This document shows positions 1 to 12,089 of a stretch of 64,000 bases of DNA, in pieces. Origin of the DNA: Planktothrix sp. GU0601_MAG3 (GTDB lineage Bacteria; Cyanobacteriota; Cyanobacteriia; Cyanobacteriales; Microcoleaceae); assembly GCA_035193785.1 (NCBI GenBank), contig CP136572.1, positions 3,892,578 through 3,956,577 of the forward strand. Reading direction: 5' to 3'. A model generated the notes under the pieces. That model had not been told where the DNA came from. It was given only the letters and a program-made list of their open reading frames with translations, and did not search any database. Position 1 is the stretch's first letter. Every line of letters begins with the position of its first letter. Both the position numbers and the translations under genes were made by a program.

Positions 1-85
1 AACTGTATATTCTAGGGAACACCGGACGCTCCCACTACAATGATGGGGCAATTTCCTAATCACAATCCTAGATGCTGAATAACTT

Positions 86-153
86 ATTACCCATTACCCA
101 AAACCCATTACCCAAAACCCATTACCCAAAACCCATTACCCATTACCCATTAC
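86..153 (+). repeat. STRR-type heptamer tandem array (CCCATTA/CCCAAAA)
   Basis: Tandem ACCCATT/ACCCAAA units directly upstream of the cobW start. Confidence 0.85.
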
Positions 154-167
154 CTATTATAAATATT

Positions 168-1209
168 ATGTCTGCCAAAATTCCCGTTACAGTGATTACT
201 GGATTTTTAGGAAGTGGAAAAACTACCGCTATCCGTCATTTATTACAAAATAATCATGGGCGAAGGATTGCGGTTTTAGTCAATGAATTTGGAGAAGTTG
301 GAATTGATGGTGAATTAATTCGATCTTGTCAAGTTTGTGACGATGAAACCCCAGAAATAAACATCGTAGAACTGACTAATGGTTGTTTATGTTGTACGGT
401 GCAGGAAGAATTTTTCCCCGCCATGCAAGCCCTACTCAAACGACGGGATAAAATCGATCATATTGTGATTGAAACCTCTGGTTTGGCTCTCCCTAAACCC
501 CTAGTTCAAGCCTTCCGATGGCCGGAAATTCGCACCGGGGCTACGGTGGATGGTGTGATCACTGTAGTAGACTGTGAAGCCTTGGCTAATGGTACTTTAG
601 TTGGGAATATTGAGGCTGTGGAAGCCCAACGTCAAGCCGATCCTAACCTAGATCATGAAACCCCAATTGAGGAATTATTTGAAGATCAATTAGCCTGTGC
701 GGATTTAGTTTTATTAACCAAAACCGATCATGTTGATCGAGATAATCAACAGAAAGTTGAAACCTGGTTAAAACAGGAATTGCGAGCAGGAGTTAAAATT
801 GTTCCTTGTCAACAGGGAAATATTCATTCCGATGTAATTTTAGGGTTTAATGCGGCGGTTGAGGATAACTTAGAAGCCCGTCCCAGTCACCATGATACGG
901 AAGAAGAACACGAGCATGATGATAATATTAATTCGGTTCCGGTAATTTTAACCCAAGATTTTGAACCGGAAGATTTAATTCAACGGTTAAAAACCATGGT
1001 GAAACAACAGGAAATTTACCGAATTAAAGGATTTGTTTCAGTTTCCAAATAAACCAATGCGGTTAGTATTACAGGGAGTGGGCGATCGGATTGAAACCTT
1101 TTATGATCGTCTCTGGAAACCCACCGAGTCCCGTCAAACCCAGTTAGTTTTTATTGGGAAAAACTTAGAAGTTTCTGAAATAAAAAATGCCGTCCAAGGG
1201 TCTTGTTAA
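168..1209 (+). CDS. cobW: Cobalamin biosynthesis GTPase CobW (one apparent +1 frameshift at 1041)
   Basis: GFLGSGKTT, NEFGE, GCLCC and ETSG motifs plus a His-rich linker; removing one T at GTTTC 1041 restores the CobW_C end (VPNKPMRLVLQGVG...). Confidence 0.9.
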
Positions 1210-1329
1210 AAAATTGACATTCTCCCGACACTAACCCTCCCGATGGTGGGGGTCTTCTTGCTCCCATTTTTGATAAAATACCCCTAATATGAGGATAATA
1301 GGGATATCCGAACAGCATGGGACACAACA

Positions 1330-2589
1330 ATGGCTGGCCAAAAGCAAGATCCAAAACTGAGGCATATTGTTCTAACCTCTCACCCCACCACCTACGGCGC
1401 CAAACCCATCCCCATCCATTGGGGAAATGCCGACCCCGGCAAACGTGGCCCCCTGATTGGCACTCTCACCGATCCTAGCCATCGCAACGTCATTGGAACC
1501 CATTCGGGCTCCTATGCCATTTATCGGGCCTTAGCCGTCGTCCAGGGCAACCTAAAAACTGACCACCGCGCGGACTTAACCAACACTTCCCCCTTCGTAA
1601 AAATTGGCCCTTACCCCAGTTGGTCAGAGCCCGAGAAAATTGTCGCCCTCGATCCTTTTGGCGCGGTTATTGGGGAAGCATTTACTGAATATTTGGAAAA
1701 AGGCTATGATATTCGCCCCACCATTGCGATTACAAAAGCCCATATTAATATGCCAGAATTATATGATGCAGCCACAAAAGGAAGGTTAAAAATTGATGGC
1801 GAAATTATGAAGAAAAATGGTGATTTAGTAGTAACAAAAGCTGCAATTGAACCCGTTTGGTATCTACCTGGAATTGCCCATCGTTTAAAGGTGACAGAAA
1901 GTGATTTACGTCAAGCATTATTTGAACAGACCGGAGGAATGTTTCCTGAGTTAATTACTCGTCCTGATTTACAAGTATTTTTACCTCCGATTGGGGGAGT
2001 TACGGTTTATATTGTGGGGGATATTGCCGCGATTACTAATCCCGATCTTCCCGTTGCAGTTAGAGTCCATGATGAATGTAATGGATCGGATGTTTTTGGG
2101 TCAGATATTTGTACCTGTCGCCCCTATTTGGTGCATGGAATTGAAGAATGTATTAGAACAGCCCAGGAAGGCGGTGCTGGAGTAATTGTATACTATAGAA
2201 AAGAGGGACGAGCGTTAGGAGAAGTAACGAAGTTTTTAGTTTATAATGCACGGAAACGTCAAACGGGAGGCGATCGCGCGGATGCCTATTTTGAACGGAC
2301 AGAATGTGTGGCTGGGGTGCAAGATATGCGGTTTCAAGAGTTAATGCCGGATGTGTTACATTGGTTAGGAATTACTCGGATTGATCGGTTAGTTTCCATG
2401 AGTAATATGAAATATGATGCGATCGTAAATTCTGGGATTGAAGTGGTCAGACGAATTGCTATTCCTGATAATTTAATTCCGGCGGATGCTCAAGTGGAAA
2501 TTGAAGCGAAAAAAGCCGCCGGGTATTATACGGAAGGGGAAGTTTTAGACCCAGAAGGTTTACTCGGTATTAAAGGTCGAGACTATTAA
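1330..2589 (+). CDS. GTP cyclohydrolase II-like protein with N-terminal extension (URC1-like)
   Basis: [19 protein letters not shown] and EGRALG motifs; N-terminal [12 protein letters not shown] block typical of URC1-type proteins; adjacent to a URC4-like gene. Confidence 0.85.
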   Translation: MAGQKQDPKLRHIVLTSHPTTYGAKPIPIHWGNADPGKRGPLIGTLTDPSHRNVIGTHSGSYAIYRALAVVQGNLKTDHRADLTNTSPFVKIGPYPSWSEPEKIVALDPFGAVIGEAFTEYLEKGYDIRPTIAITKAHINMPELYDAATKGRLKIDGEIMKKNGDLVVTKAAIEPVWYLPGIAHRLKVTESDLRQALFEQTGGMFPELITRPDLQVFLPPIGGVTVYIVGDIAAITNPDLPVAVRVHDECNGSDVFGSDICTCRPYLVHGIEECIRTAQEGGAGVIVYYRKEGRALGEVTKFLVYNARKRQTGGDRADAYFERTECVAGVQDMRFQELMPDVLHWLGITRIDRLVSMSNMKYDAIVNSGIEVVRRIAIPDNLIPADAQVEIEAKKAAGYYTEGEVLDPEGLLGIKGRDY

Positions 2590-2590
2590 C

Positions 2591-2611
2591 CCGTTGTTGC
2601 GCTTCAGCGCA
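2591..2611 (+). repeat. REP-like mini-hairpin CCGTTGTTGCGCTTCAGCGCA (copy 1)
   Basis: Identical 21-mer at 19958-19978 and 35600-35620. Confidence 0.8.
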
Positions 2612-2627
2612 CAAAATTCTAAGTTAA

Positions 2628-2862
2628 TGGAAATTGGGAATTGGGAATTACGAATTACGAATTACGAATTACGAATTACGAATTACGAATGGGTAATAGC
2701 AAGAGTTTACTCCCCCTGCTCCCTCTGCTCCCCCTGCTCCCTCTGCTCCCTCTGCTCCCCCTGCTCCCTCTGCTCCCTCTGCTCCCCCTGCTCCCTCTGC
2801 TCCCCCTGCTCCCTCTGCTCCCCCTGCTCCCCCGGTTTCCCTGTTCCCTATTCCCTGTTCCC
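2628..2862 (+). repeat. Composite tandem array: (GAATTAC)n, linker, (CTCCCYCTG)n, TTCCCTR
   Basis: Heptamer and nonamer arrays visible between the URC1- and URC4-like genes. Confidence 0.9.
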
Positions 2863-2873
2863 TTAAGATTAAA

Positions 2874-4116
2874 ATGCAGAATCGAGAAAATTATTCAAAT
2901 GCGATCACCTATTTTCGTTCCCCTCAAGCAATTAGAGAACGTTGTAATTTTATATTTAATTTAGCCCTATCTGATCAACTACAACATTTTGTTTATCATC
3001 CAGAAAAGTTAGAATTTGTGGCTAATTTTGTTTTAGATAATATTACTCAAAACTATCCAGATCTCAATGTTCCTTTCCATTCTCGCTGGCGACATTTTGA
3101 AGTCGGTAATATTCCTAGAATTGCGAACTTACAAAAACAATTAAATGGTTTATCACGGTTAGAACAAACCCAAGCTAAACTTGATTTAGCCATTATTAGC
3201 GTATTACTAGATGCTGGAGCAGGGGAAAAATGGCATTATCAAGAATCAGAAACCGGGTTGATTTGGCGACGTTCTGAGGGGTTAGCCATTGCCAGTTATG
3301 AAATGTTTAGCCAGGGTTTATTTTCTGGTAATATTGAATATCCGTTTCAAGCCGACGCCCAGGGATTAATGAATTTAACGGAATCCCAATTAATCACCGG
3401 ATTTCAAGTGAATGAAAATAATTCTTTAACGGCAGTAAAAGGTAGATTAGAACTCTTAAAAAAACTCGGTGAAACCCTATCTAATTATCCGCATTTATTT
3501 GGAGAAAGTCAGCCCAGACCGGGGAAATTAGCGGATTATTTTTTAACCCAAACCCGAGACAATCAACTCAGTGCTGTTATTGTTTTAACTGCTATTTTAG
3601 AAGGATTAGGAGAAATTTGGCCGGGAAGATTAACTTTAAATCAAGTAAATTTAGGAGATGTTTGGTATTATTCAGGGTTAGAAGCCCTAGACTCGGAATA
3701 TCCCTTTGTTCCCTTCCATAAATTATCCCAATGGTTAACCTATTCTTTACTTGAACCTTTACAGGATTTAGGATTAGAAATTATTGATTTAGATCAATTA
3801 ACTGGATTAGCAGAATATCGCAACGGGGGATTAATTTTAGATTTGGGATTATTGGAATTAAAAGATAATAATTTATCGAAAAAATTACACAAACCTGATT
3901 CTAATGTTATTATAGAATGGCGATCGCTCACAATTATTATACTCGATAAAATCGCAGAAATCATTCGTCAAAAATTAAATTTCACCCCCCAAGAATTTCC
4001 CCTGATTAAAGTCTTACAAGGAGGCACCTGGAATGCTGGACGGGAAATCGCAAAACAACAGCGTTTTGATGGTTCTCCCCCCCTCAAATTAGAGAGTGAT
4101 GGAAACCGTATTCTAA
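2874..4116 (+). CDS. URC4/Urg3 family protein (DUF1688); apparent frameshift at 4102
   Basis: PFHSRWRHF, VLLDAGAG, RSEGLA, FHKLSQWLTYSL and LQGGTW motifs; removing one A restores the family C-terminus SDGTVF*. Confidence 0.85.
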
Positions 4117-4778
4117 TTCCCTGCATTTTGCCACTGACTCACCAAAGAAATCGCCCCAATCAAAATTTTATGCTCTTGAATTTGAATTCGGGCGTGTAAA
4201 GTTTCGGGGGTATCATCGGATAAAATAGGAACCGCCGCTTGCATCAAAATTGGGCCCCTATCGACTTCTAACTCTACTAAATGAACACTACAGCCTGTAA
4301 TTTTTACCTGGGCTTCTAAGGCCTGTTCTACCCCCCTAATCCCCGGAAAACTCGGTAATAAACTCGGATGTAAATTAATAATTTTATGGGGGAAAGCATC
4401 CACTAAAACTTGCGTAACAATTCGCATCCACCCAGCAAAGACAATCCAATCCACATCATGTTCTTTTAAGGTTTGAACAATTGCTTGATCTAAATCTTGC
4501 CTTTTTTTATAATTACGATGGTTTAAAAGAATAGTTTTGACTCCAAACCTTGCCGCCCTGTCTATCACTTTAGCCTCGGGGTTATTATAAATTAAAACCT
4601 GAATTTTGGCATTGAGTTGTTGATCTTTTATGGCTTGAGCGATCGCCTCAAAGTTCGTGCCACTTCCAGAGGCTAAAACTCCAATTTTTACCGGAGATCC
4701 CTGCACAAATAAAGGGGAGGGAATCGCTGGAGAAATCAAACAGGATGTGGAGTCAATTTCGGTCATTTTCCTATTCAT
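4113..4778 (-). CDS. purN: Phosphoribosylglycinamide formyltransferase
   Basis: GVLASGSGTN, AGWMRI, INLHPSLLP and GCSVH motifs. Confidence 0.95.
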   Translation of the reverse strand: MNRKMTEIDSTSCLISPAIPSPLFVQGSPVKIGVLASGSGTNFEAIAQAIKDQQLNAKIQVLIYNNPEAKVIDRAARFGVKTILLNHRNYKKRQDLDQAIVQTLKEHDVDWIVFAGWMRIVTQVLVDAFPHKIINLHPSLLPSFPGIRGVEQALEAQVKITGCSVHLVELEVDRGPILMQAAVPILSDDTPETLHARIQIQEHKILIGAISLVSQWQNAGN

Positions 4779-4868
4779 TGCAGGTTTTACCTGGATATAA
4801 ATTCACCCAACTATTGTAAAATACTTTTATGATACTTTTATGAAACTTTATCAAAATTGATTCAGGTT

Positions 4869-5771
4869 ATGGCTTCTTCACCAGGTTCTCAGAAACAGCT
4901 TTTGGATCAAGATGCTATTATGGCTTGGATTTTTCTTGCCCCGGCTTTATTGCTGATGGGGATATTTATTCTCGGGCCAATTCTCTATTTATTTTACCTG
5001 AGTTTCACCCAAGGAAGTTTTACCCGTTCGGGAGTTCATGGAGTGGGACTAAATAATTATATTCGTCTATTTCTGAGTCCCGATTTCTGGCAAGTTTTAT
5101 TTAATACTGCTTATTTTACCCTGGGAACAGTAATTCCTAGTTTAATTATTTCTTTGGCTTTAGCGGTACTTTTAGATCGAACTTTTGCTCTCCGAGATAT
5201 CCTGAAAACCGCCTATTTTATCCCCTCAATTACTTCTTTAGTGGCGGTCGGATTAGGATGGCGTTGGTTATTTCAAACCCAGGGGCCAGTTAATGGACTA
5301 TTAGCCCAATTAGGACTTGATCCGATTCCTTGGTTAAGTAGTACAACCTGGGCAATGCCAGTGTTAATTTTACTCAGTATTTGGAAACAATTGGGCTTTA
5401 ATTTAGTTGTATTTTCAGCCGGGTTACAAACTATTCCCCAAAGTCGATATGAAGCGGCTCAATTAGACGGAGCAAATCCTTGGCAACAATTTCTATATAT
5501 TACTTTACCCGGGTTACAACCAACAATAGTTTTTGCCACAGTAACCACCGCTATTTTTACTTTAAAAAGTTTTGAACAGGCTTATATAATTACGGGTGGT
5601 GGCCCGTTAAATTCGACCAATGTTTTAGTGTATTATATTTATGATCAAGCCTTTTCTCAATTTGATTTTGGCTATGCAGCGGCGGCGGCCAGTATTTTAT
5701 TAGTGATCGCTTTAATTTTAGTTTATATTCAACTCAAACTGTTTGAAGAAAACGAATCTATAAACAATTAG
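4869..5771 (+). CDS. Carbohydrate ABC transporter permease
   Basis: Multiple TM helices; EAA loop YEAAQLDGA; TGGGP motif. Confidence 0.9.
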   Translation: MASSPGSQKQLLDQDAIMAWIFLAPALLLMGIFILGPILYLFYLSFTQGSFTRSGVHGVGLNNYIRLFLSPDFWQVLFNTAYFTLGTVIPSLIISLALAVLLDRTFALRDILKTAYFIPSITSLVAVGLGWRWLFQTQGPVNGLLAQLGLDPIPWLSSTTWAMPVLILLSIWKQLGFNLVVFSAGLQTIPQSRYEAAQLDGANPWQQFLYITLPGLQPTIVFATVTTAIFTLKSFEQAYIITGGGPLNSTNVLVYYIYDQAFSQFDFGYAAAAASILLVIALILVYIQLKLFEENESINN

Positions 5772-7228
5772 CACAGAGAATTCCTGACGCAGCAACCGCA
5801 GGAACTCCAATTCCAGGTTGGGTACTATCTCCCACTAAATATAGGCCTTGAATCGGGGTAAACGGCCCAGGAAATGTACCTTTTCCCGCCCTAATAGCGG
5901 GGCCATAAGTCCCTTGATGCCGCCGTAAAAACCGAGCATGGGTGAGGGGAGTGCCAATTAATTCTAGGGTAATTCGTTGACGCAAATCGGGAATAACTTT
6001 TTCTAAAGCTCGATAGAGAGGTGCGGCTTTTTCCTGTTTTTTCTGAGAATAAAACTGATCTTTTGACCATCCCGCAAAAGGTTCTAAAGTATAAGCATGA
6101 ACCACATGATATCCGGCTGGAGCTAAGTTTTGATCCCAAACCGAAGGAATCGAAATCATACAGGTATTGCCCGGAATCGTAATATCAATATTGCTATCAT
6201 GCACCACAACATGATGCCCCGTTAACCCCTCTAACCCGGCGGATTTGATGCCGAGATGCAAGTGCATAAAACTATCAATAGCTGGGGTATTTAAACAGTT
6301 ATTTCGATAGGTTTCTGGTAAATCTTCCGCCTCTAATAGATGGGTATAGGTATCCCAAATTGTGGCATTAGAAATTACAATTGGGGCGTGAAATTCTTCT
6401 CCTTTTCGAGTTTGCACACCATAGACTTTTCCTGATTTGACTAAAATTTTATTAACCGGAGTTCCTAACTGAATCTTGCCTCCAAATTTAGTCAATCCTC
6501 GGACTAAGGCTTGAACAATTGCTTGACTCCCACCGATAGGATATTCAATGGCAGAGTTAATCCGTTCTCCAAACATAAAAGCTACCTCTGGAGTCACCGT
6601 GGCTTCAGCTTTTAATCCCGACAATAAAAAACATTCTAAATCAATTAATCGCCTCACCCAAGGGTCTTGAATTGTTTGCTCAATAATTTGACCGACAGAA
6701 ACCAGAAATATCTGCCAATAAAGGCAGTAATTTTAATACAGAAAAGCCATAATTAGTGATTAATTTAGGAATCACTTTCCAGTCTGCCCGTAACTCAATG
6801 GCGGGAATTTCTTTTAATCCTTGATAGACTTTAATTAAGCGTTTTTCAAACTCAGCAAATTCCAGCGCCCCCGAGGGGGAAAATTCGGCAATGGCCCCTC
6901 GGTAAAGCTCACTATTGCCATAAACCGCTAAACGACCTTCGGGAAAATGATAGTGTCCCAGGGGGTCATAGGCCACGGTTTCCAGGGATTCCCCCAAACG
7001 GGTCAGGACTTGGGACAAGGGGTTTAAACCCTGGGAATCACTCAGGCCACAATAAAACGATGGCCCGGAGTCAAAGTGGAAACCTTGACGAGAAAAACCT
7101 TGGGCAGCCCCACCGGGCAAGCTGTGGCCCTCTAAAATCAATACTTGTTTACCAGAATGAGCTAAAAGCCCCCCGGCCACTAGGCCGCCAATTCCACTGC
7201 CAATGACAATTCCATCAAAACTTTGCAT
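5758..7228 (-). CDS. FAD-dependent oxidoreductase, carotenoid isomerase/phytoene desaturase family (apparent frameshift at 6698)
   Basis: GSGIGG dinucleotide motif, FDSGPS and C-terminal GDSTQPGIGVPAVAASG; the two track ORFs join on removing one base. Confidence 0.85.
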
Positions 7229-7537
7229 CCGTATAAATTCGCAGGTAGGGGAGTAGCAAAAAATCCCACAGCTATTTCAATAAAAAATAGCGTAAAATAA
7301 TATATTAGGGTGCTACGGATCAAAATTATATTCTAGGACGGGAGAATCAAAAATGGTCAGTCAAAAATAGAAATTTTGGTTTTTAGAATTAAAATGTGTT
7401 TGAGCGGATCATCAGGGATTTTGCATTTTGTTTTGAATATTCCTTTAACCGGATGTACTCCGTTATTTCCCAGACCCTCGTGCCGGATACCCCTAAGTCA
7501 CTTCCCACAGTGTTGACTTTCTGTATTGGAGACCCAA

Positions 7538-9190
7538 ATGCCAACCCCATCCCGCCTAAATGAAATTGCTCAAAATTTAGAAATCGATCCGAATATTGCC
7601 CGGATTAAGAAAGTTCTGTTATGTGCCTATAGTGGAAAATGGGAAAATGATTCCCATATCCTAGAGAGTATTAATTTGAATATTTTACTCCAAAATATTT
7701 ATCAAAAACACCCCCAATTTGAACCGCTTAAAATTATTCTAAATAATATTCTATCTCGTCTAAATAAAAAAAATGAATATAATCTAGTTTTAGAGAAGAT
7801 TGAAGCCCAGATTAGTCAACTTTATATTCAGTCTGACCCGAGAGAAGTTTCCGCAGCCAATCAACTCTCAATTACTGCTTCAGAAACTATAAAAATTAGT
7901 CCAGAGGAGTTAAATTCCCTATCTTCAGCCTATTTGAGTCAGGGTATTCCCGCCCGTCAGATTCGCAATATATCAAATTTATTTGATTTGCGGTTTAAAA
8001 TCATGCAGCATACCAATCCTTTACGGGCAAAACTGGTAATTTTTTCGAGTTTAGAACGGGAATTTAACTATAGAGATGAAGATTGGTCACAACTCAAAAA
8101 TCAAAGTCTCGATGATTTACTGCACGAACTTTTACAAACTTTTCCTAACTTAGAACGGCTAAAATCCCATCTTTATAAGATGGCAGAATATTTAGAAGAT
8201 ACGGACGAAAATATTCAAGTGGTGACGGTGATTTTAGATGCCCTCAACCCCTATTATGAAACCAAAGCTAAATCCCATGCAGATTCGGGCTTTAATCATT
8301 CTCCTGGGAATACAGTTGCCCCCCGTTCTTCAATTTTGCAGCAGCATTTTTCAAATAATAATGCCATTGATATTAATGAAAGTGAAACCGTGCATTTATT
8401 ACCCCCCAATCCCCCAGAATTGGGGTTAGGTTTGCCAAAAACCCAACATTTTACTACAATTAGCGAGAGTAGTTTTTCTGATTTCACTTCCGCCACCGCC
8501 TTTAGTAATATTGATATTCCACCCACGGACTCAGGAGAAATGAGTGATGATATCAGAAAAAAGCTAATTCTGGAGCAAGAAGTTGAGCAAATTGTGGGAC
8601 ATAGTGTGGCAGATAGCTTGGTGCCATTAACCACTATTTTAAAACATTTGGAACTGGCCCTAAATGAACAATTAAAAAGTCATCCCCCTGAAATTCAGTT
8701 AGAGATTAAATATAAATCTTTAAGACGATTTATTCATGTCCTGCAAACTAAAGTTGGAGATTTAGCAGCGGTACTGCATCAATCGGAAGTGGAAGAACAG
8801 CAACGATTATCTCAGCATAAGGCCACAATAGTCATTCCGAGCGAAGACCCAGACCACCTAGAGCCGCGACTAAATCAACACCAATTATTAGAACTGGCTA
8901 AACGGGGTCATGCAAAAGCAATCGCAACGGTAATTAGCCAATCTCTCAGACTCCAAGGAATTAACACCCTCACCAAATCAAAAGAGGGCTGTCTGCACAT
9001 TATACTAGAGTCAGATCAGGTGCCAAATCAAGCCTCTATGAGTCAATTCGTCCATCAAAAATTGCTGAATTTGAAAATTCAATCGATTCAGAAGGTCAAA
9101 GTTTACGCTCGAACTCCTGGTAGTAAGTCAATGGCTTGGGTTCAAGAATTTACCTATACGGGAAACTCAAAGATAATCAATCATGGATGA
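7538..9190 (+). CDS. Conserved cyanobacterial-type hypothetical protein
   Basis: Long ORF with no catalytic motif I recognise; overlaps the start of the next gene. Confidence 0.7.
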   Translation: MPTPSRLNEIAQNLEIDPNIARIKKVLLCAYSGKWENDSHILESINLNILLQNIYQKHPQFEPLKIILNNILSRLNKKNEYNLVLEKIEAQISQLYIQSDPREVSAANQLSITASETIKISPEELNSLSSAYLSQGIPARQIRNISNLFDLRFKIMQHTNPLRAKLVIFSSLEREFNYRDEDWSQLKNQSLDDLLHELLQTFPNLERLKSHLYKMAEYLEDTDENIQVVTVILDALNPYYETKAKSHADSGFNHSPGNTVAPRSSILQQHFSNNNAIDINESETVHLLPPNPPELGLGLPKTQHFTTISESSFSDFTSATAFSNIDIPPTDSGEMSDDIRKKLILEQEVEQIVGHSVADSLVPLTTILKHLELALNEQLKSHPPEIQLEIKYKSLRRFIHVLQTKVGDLAAVLHQSEVEEQQRLSQHKATIVIPSEDPDHLEPRLNQHQLLELAKRGHAKAIATVISQSLRLQGINTLTKSKEGCLHIILESDQVPNQASMSQFVHQKLLNLKIQSIQKVKVYARTPGSKSMAWVQEFTYTGNSKIINHG

Positions 9191-10178
9191 GGAAACACTA
9201 CTCGAACAGTATCGAGCCGGACAAAAAAACTTTAAAGGGCTGAATTTAAGGAGTGCTGAACTAAGTCGTGTGGACTTAATTGGTGCCAATTTAAGTGGTG
9301 CAGATTTGCAAGGGTCTAACTTTGTTTTAGCCTATTTGAATGGGACTAATTTTTCCCGGGCTAATCTGAGGGGAGTGAGGTTTAATGGAGCAATTTTAAA
9401 TAAAGCGAATTTAAGCAGTGCTAACCTGAATGATGCCGAATTTCATGGCACAAATTTACAAGGAGCAGATTTTCGGAAAGCCAATTTAGCCCTGGCAACG
9501 TTATTAGATGCCAACCTGATTCAAGCGGATTTAAGAGGGGCAAATTTACAAGGGGCTGACCTGAGAGGCGCCTGTTTACGGGGGGCAAATCTGCGCTATG
9601 AACCCAGAATTTATGAAAGCGTGAATTTGCGCGGGGCAGATTTACGAGGAACGGATTTACAGGGGGTAAATTTAACCGGGGCTGATTTGACTCGGGCAAA
9701 TTTAAGCGGAGCTAATTTAACCGAAACCGTCTTAAAAGGAGCGATTTTAAGTCAAGCAAACTTGAGCCAAGCTAACTTACAATCTGCATTTTTAACCGAA
9801 GCAAATCTCACCGAAGCTAACTTAATTGGAGCCAATTTAAAAAAGGTAAAATTAGAACGGGCGATTTTAATTGATGCCCAATTACCCGGGGTAGAATTGT
9901 GTGATGCGATTCTCCCCGATGCCCAACTGAGTAATGCTAATTTGAGTAATGCTGATTTGAGTCGAGCCAATTTAGTTCGCGCCGATTTAACCCGAACCAA
10001 TATGAATGGAGCCAATCTCACTCAAGCAGATTTAACCGATGCTTCCGTTGCTCGAACTAACTTAAGAAATGCGAATTTAAGTTATACCTATTTAACTCGT
10101 GTAGAATTTAGTAGTGCGAATACCGCCGGAGCCACTTTGCACGGGGCAATCATGCCCAATGGTGAAATTCATGATTAA
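9183..10178 (+). CDS. Pentapeptide repeat protein
   Basis: A(D/N)LxX repeats throughout; C-terminal GAIMPNG. Confidence 0.95.
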   Translation: MDEETLLEQYRAGQKNFKGLNLRSAELSRVDLIGANLSGADLQGSNFVLAYLNGTNFSRANLRGVRFNGAILNKANLSSANLNDAEFHGTNLQGADFRKANLALATLLDANLIQADLRGANLQGADLRGACLRGANLRYEPRIYESVNLRGADLRGTDLQGVNLTGADLTRANLSGANLTETVLKGAILSQANLSQANLQSAFLTEANLTEANLIGANLKKVKLERAILIDAQLPGVELCDAILPDAQLSNANLSNADLSRANLVRADLTRTNMNGANLTQADLTDASVARTNLRNANLSYTYLTRVEFSSANTAGATLHGAIMPNGEIHD

Positions 10179-10574
10179 GAATTAATTCCTTTTTTGCCAT
10201 CTTGTCGTCCTAATTCATAAATTCCCCCACTGATACAAGCAATGATTCCCATACTAATTGACCAACTTTTATCTAAACCAATCTCAATTCCCCAATTACA
10301 TACAAATCCCAAAATTAAAAAGGGAAACAATACTAAATAAAGACGCATAAAACGCATTTTGAGATTCTCGGGCTTGGCGAGTCCGTTCATATTCAGCTTC
10401 CGAGGGATATAACATTCTTTCTGCATAATTAAACCAACGATTTAATTGATGGGTTACCCATTCACCCACCGGAGAAAAGCCCCAATACAATGCTAAAGAC
10501 CAGAGGGTTGCCCCGGCAATCAATTTGGGGTCAAAATGGAATTGGAAGGGAAAAATATCGAACAACATGGACAT
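10175..10574 (-). CDS. Hypothetical membrane protein (apparent frameshift at 10324)
   Basis: Two ORF fragments join as ...LFSIVPFLILG... on removing one base; hydrophobic helices. Confidence 0.75.
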
Positions 10575-10655
10575 AAAATCTAAGATATTACAGAGGTTTC
10601 CCTATTGTAATTGAAAAAATTGCTAAAATAGATAGGGAAGTTGTAATCAAGTGAT

Positions 10656-10823
10656 ATGAACATTATTCGTTTAATTGCCGCTGTGTTTTTGCCGCCCTTG
10701 GGCGTTTTTTTGACCGTTGGTTTTGGGGGAGCCTTTTGGCTGAATATTCTCCTAACCCTGCTGGGATTTATTCCCGGGATTGTTCACGCCGTTTGGATAA
10801 TTGCCAAAAACGATCAAAATTAA
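10656..10823 (+). CDS. YqaE/Pmp3 family small membrane protein (55 aa, below the ORF-track cutoff)
   Basis: Manual translation MNIIRLIAAVFLPPLGVFLTVGFGGAFWLNILLTLLGFIPGIVHAVWIIAKNDQN. Confidence 0.9.
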   Translation: MNIIRLIAAVFLPPLGVFLTVGFGGAFWLNILLTLLGFIPGIVHAVWIIAKNDQN

Positions 10824-10975
10824 CCGGGGTCTGCCCCAACTCCTCCTATTTCTATCCTCATTCTAAAAATGGGAGTAGTTTCTGTTAATCAGTTATCAAG
10901 TATCCCCATTATCAGTTATCAGTTATTCATGTTATTCTGATGAAAAACAATTAAACCCTGACCACCTAAGCTATA

Positions 10976-12041
10976 ATGGAAACACTCACTCAAAAAATTC
11001 TGATTCAACAAACCGAAAGCTCCCGTCTTTCTCCAGAAATCTTACATAATATTCCCTTTGGTCGAGTCTTCAGTGACCATATTTTTATTGCCACCTATGA
11101 TAATGGGACTTGGCAGGATTTGAAAATCATGCCCTATGGCAATTTAAGCCTGACTCCAGCCATGGCAGTTCTGCACTATGGTCAGGCTGTTTTTGAAGGG
11201 ATGAAAGCCTATAAAAGTGCCGCGGGAGAAACTTTAATCTTTAGACCCGATGCTAATTTTAGACGGATTAATCAATCGGCTAATCGACTTTGTATGCCCC
11301 CGATTCCTGAATCAGTTTTCATGGAAGGATTAACGGAATTAATTCGTTTAGATTCCGGTTGGATTCCTGAATCCGAGGGAAGTTTATATATTCGGCCGTT
11401 GTATTTTGCCACCGATGAATTTATTGGTTTAAAACCTTCAACTCGCTATACTTTTATTATTATGAGTTGCCCCGTGGGAGCCTATTATTCTGAACCGGTT
11501 AAATTAATCGTCACGGATAAATATATTAGAGCCTGTGAAGGGGGAACCGGGGCGGCAAAATGTGCGGGAAATTATGCCGCTAGTTTATTAGCTGATAAAG
11601 AAGCTAAGGCCCTAGGTTATGATAATGTGATTTGGCTCGATGGTGTCCACAAAAAATATGTGGAAGAATGTGGAAACCATGAACTTAGCGTTTGTGATTA
11701 ATGATGTAGTGGTTACGCCTCAATTAACCGGAACTATTTTAGAAGGAATTACCCGCGATAGTGTGTTAAGGTTATTTCGAGATCAAGGGGTACAAGTGGA
11801 AGAACGGTTAATTTCTATAGAAGAAGTGGCGGCAGCCCATGACCAAGGGATTTTACAAGAGGCTTTTGGCATGGGAACCGCAGCTACCATTGCCCAGGTT
11901 GCTAAAATTGGATATCAGGGACGGGATTTAGTTTTACCTCCGATTTCTGAACGGAAATATGCCCAATCTATTTTAGAACAATTGGAAGCTATTAAAACCG
12001 GAAAAACACCCGATCCCTATAATTGGATTTGTAAAATTTAA
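10976..12041 (+). CDS. ilvE: Branched-chain amino acid aminotransferase (apparent frameshift at 11673)
   Basis: LHYGQAVFEGMKA, AKCAGNY, EECGTMN (after repair) and ILEGITR motifs. Confidence 0.92.
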
Positions 12042-12089
12042 CCAAAAAAGGTGGGTCTGAACCCACCCCACCCAGACCCCACGGAATCC

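Noticed and set aside
72..167. N-terminal extension of CobW
   Set aside because: It translates the CCCATTA repeat; the family-like start is ATG 168.
1330..2589. Calling this gene ribA
   Set aside because: The N-terminal extension and URC4 neighbour indicate the URC1-like subfamily.
2594..2964. ORFs of 90 and 107 aa (CSPCSL and LLP repeats), superficially RiPP- or metallothionein-like
   Set aside because: They are translations of heptamer and nonamer tandem arrays; a related array at 50.0-50.2 kb is also intergenic.
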